This document shows, one piece after another, positions 62,610 through 64,000 of a stretch of 64,000 nt of DNA. The position numbers and the translations under genes are program-made. Source of the DNA: Podarcis erhardii (Eukaryota); NCBI GenBank assembly GCA_964252035.1, contig OZ176201.1. The stretch is one strand, 5' to 3'. The notes beneath the pieces were generated by a model that saw only the letters and a list, made by a program, of their open reading frames with translations, was not told the DNA's origin and ran no database searches. Each line of letters opens with the position of its first letter. The stretch's first letter is position 1.

Positions 62610-62789
62610 CAGTGGCGTAGCGTGGGTTATCAGCACCCGGGGCAAGGCAAGTAATTTGCGCCCCCTAACCCATGGATTTGCGCCCCCTAACCCGTGGATT
62701 TGCGCCCCCTAACCCGTGGATTTCCCTAACCCCCAGATGTTGCGCCCGGTGCGGCCGGCCCCCCCTGCACCCCCCACGCTACGCCACTG
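62610..62789. mobile_element. Young hAT MITE with an internal 22-bp tandem repeat
   Basis: Perfect 16-bp TIRs CAGTGGCGTAGCGTGG/CCACGCTACGCCACTG; perfect TSD TGAGGTTC. Confidence 0.95.
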
Positions 62790-62843
62790 TGAGGTTCCCT
62801 TTAGAATTCATAGAAGCCCTGCTGTAAAACAGCTGCATTGTCA

Positions 62844-62938
62844 ACTAAGAACTAACTTAGTTGGTCTTTAAGGTGCTACTGGAAGGAATTTTTTAATTTT
62901 GTTTTGACTATGGCAGACCAACACGGCTACCTATCTGT
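62844..62938. mobile_element. 95-bp Penelope-type terminal fragment with a 13-bp duplication
   Basis: GGTCTTTAAGGTGCTACTGG...GGCAGACCAACACGGCTACC resembles the common reptile Penelope end (from recall); flanked by AGCTGCATTGTCA at 62831-62843 and 62939-62951. Confidence 0.7.
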
Positions 62939-64000
62939 AGCTGCATTGTCAGTTTGTTTCCAGGTCTAGTTCAAGGACCCTCTCCTGGCATGTGTTTAAA
63001 ACATTACATAACTCCTGTCCCCCTGTTATCTGAAATGTCCCCCATCCAGGCAGATGCAGACCTGCATTGCTTTACACAGCGGGGCAATTTAATTCAAGCT
63101 TCACAGTTAGAATGGCCATCTCTAAAATATTAGTATTCTAGCTTTTAAAGGGGGGGGGGAGAGAAATGACTAGTATCTAATTTTTATTTAAGATCCAGTT
63201 TCTAATCCTTCAGAAACTGACAATAGAAAAAGCTTTCCCCCATTTATTTATAATTATTTCAATTTGTGTGCCACTTTTCATGTATTTCTTAAAATAAATT
63301 TTATTGTATTTTCACATTATTACAACCAGTAATAAATAAATCACAGCCTCAAACAAAATTGGACTGCCAAATCCCACAAACAGGTAAATCATAGCTTCAG
63401 ATAAGTTGAGTGCAAGTAAACCTGCCATAAAGTTGTGTGAGTCACCAGGGGATGAAGTGAGTCATCCCGCTTAATATAACTTATATATGGAAACTATATG
63501 TTATCAAACTGATTGTGCTTAGCCTTCCCTAGGCTAGAAAATGCAGTGTGAGAACAGCCAAATGAGAATGAGGTTTGCGTATACTATCACAGTTGCTTAT
63601 GAATCTTGGTCAAACCAGCAATTTGTGGGTTGTTTCTGTCTGGCATTTTCAACAACACAAAGAAGGGAATTTAATATAGTAAGTGTGGCCTACAGGTAGA
63701 TTTTGATGTAGGTTCCATTTGCCAGACTTAAGAGCCTTTGAGATCTAAAATAAAATAGCTTAAAGCTTGACATTCAGAACCAGTTGATTCAAGAATAAAG
63801 GCCAGAATTCCAAAGTTACTCTGGTCTTTTTTGCAGTCACCTAGCAATGTAGCCAGTTCAGGATTTGCTGCCTAGCATCAATAAAGACTCTATTAATACA
63901 AGCACCACATTTAATATCTTTTCCGGTCCTTCTGAACATGGATTTTGCAAGTTTAAGCTATGATTCAGCAAAAAGCTGCTGGTGATTTAAATGGCAGTCG

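Overview
Vertebrate nuclear DNA, almost certainly a squamate and most likely a lacertid lizard. This is an inference from Sauria/Squam1-type and Squam3-type SINEs, Bov-B, and squamate L2/CR1/L1 3' ends, all recognised from memory rather than by search. The window is a repeat-rich intron-like or intergenic region with no recognisable host gene, rRNA, true tRNA or CRISPR array. Most ORF-track entries are chance ORFs or repeat-derived. Well supported from the sequence: a young 5'-truncated L1 (51682-53174) with 417 uninterrupted ORF2 codons and a 16-bp TSD; the left end of a Tc1-like IR/DR transposon with a decayed transposase N-terminus (13565-14169); a Bov-B 3' end; a solo-LTR-like element with promoter and polyA motifs (55764-56512); eight hAT-type MITEs with 8-bp TSDs; several Tc1/mariner (Tigger/pogo-type) MITEs; many SINEs and microsatellites; and a near-consensus CTCF site. 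More speculative: Penelope-like remnants with degenerate hammerhead-ribozyme cores, and scattered + strand exon candidates with canonical splice sites. These candidates may belong to an unidentified large gene; one carries a stop, a frameshift and the LTR insertion. I found no firm evidence for a wholly new biological system. Coordinates were counted by hand and may be off by a few bases where no TSD fixes the boundary.
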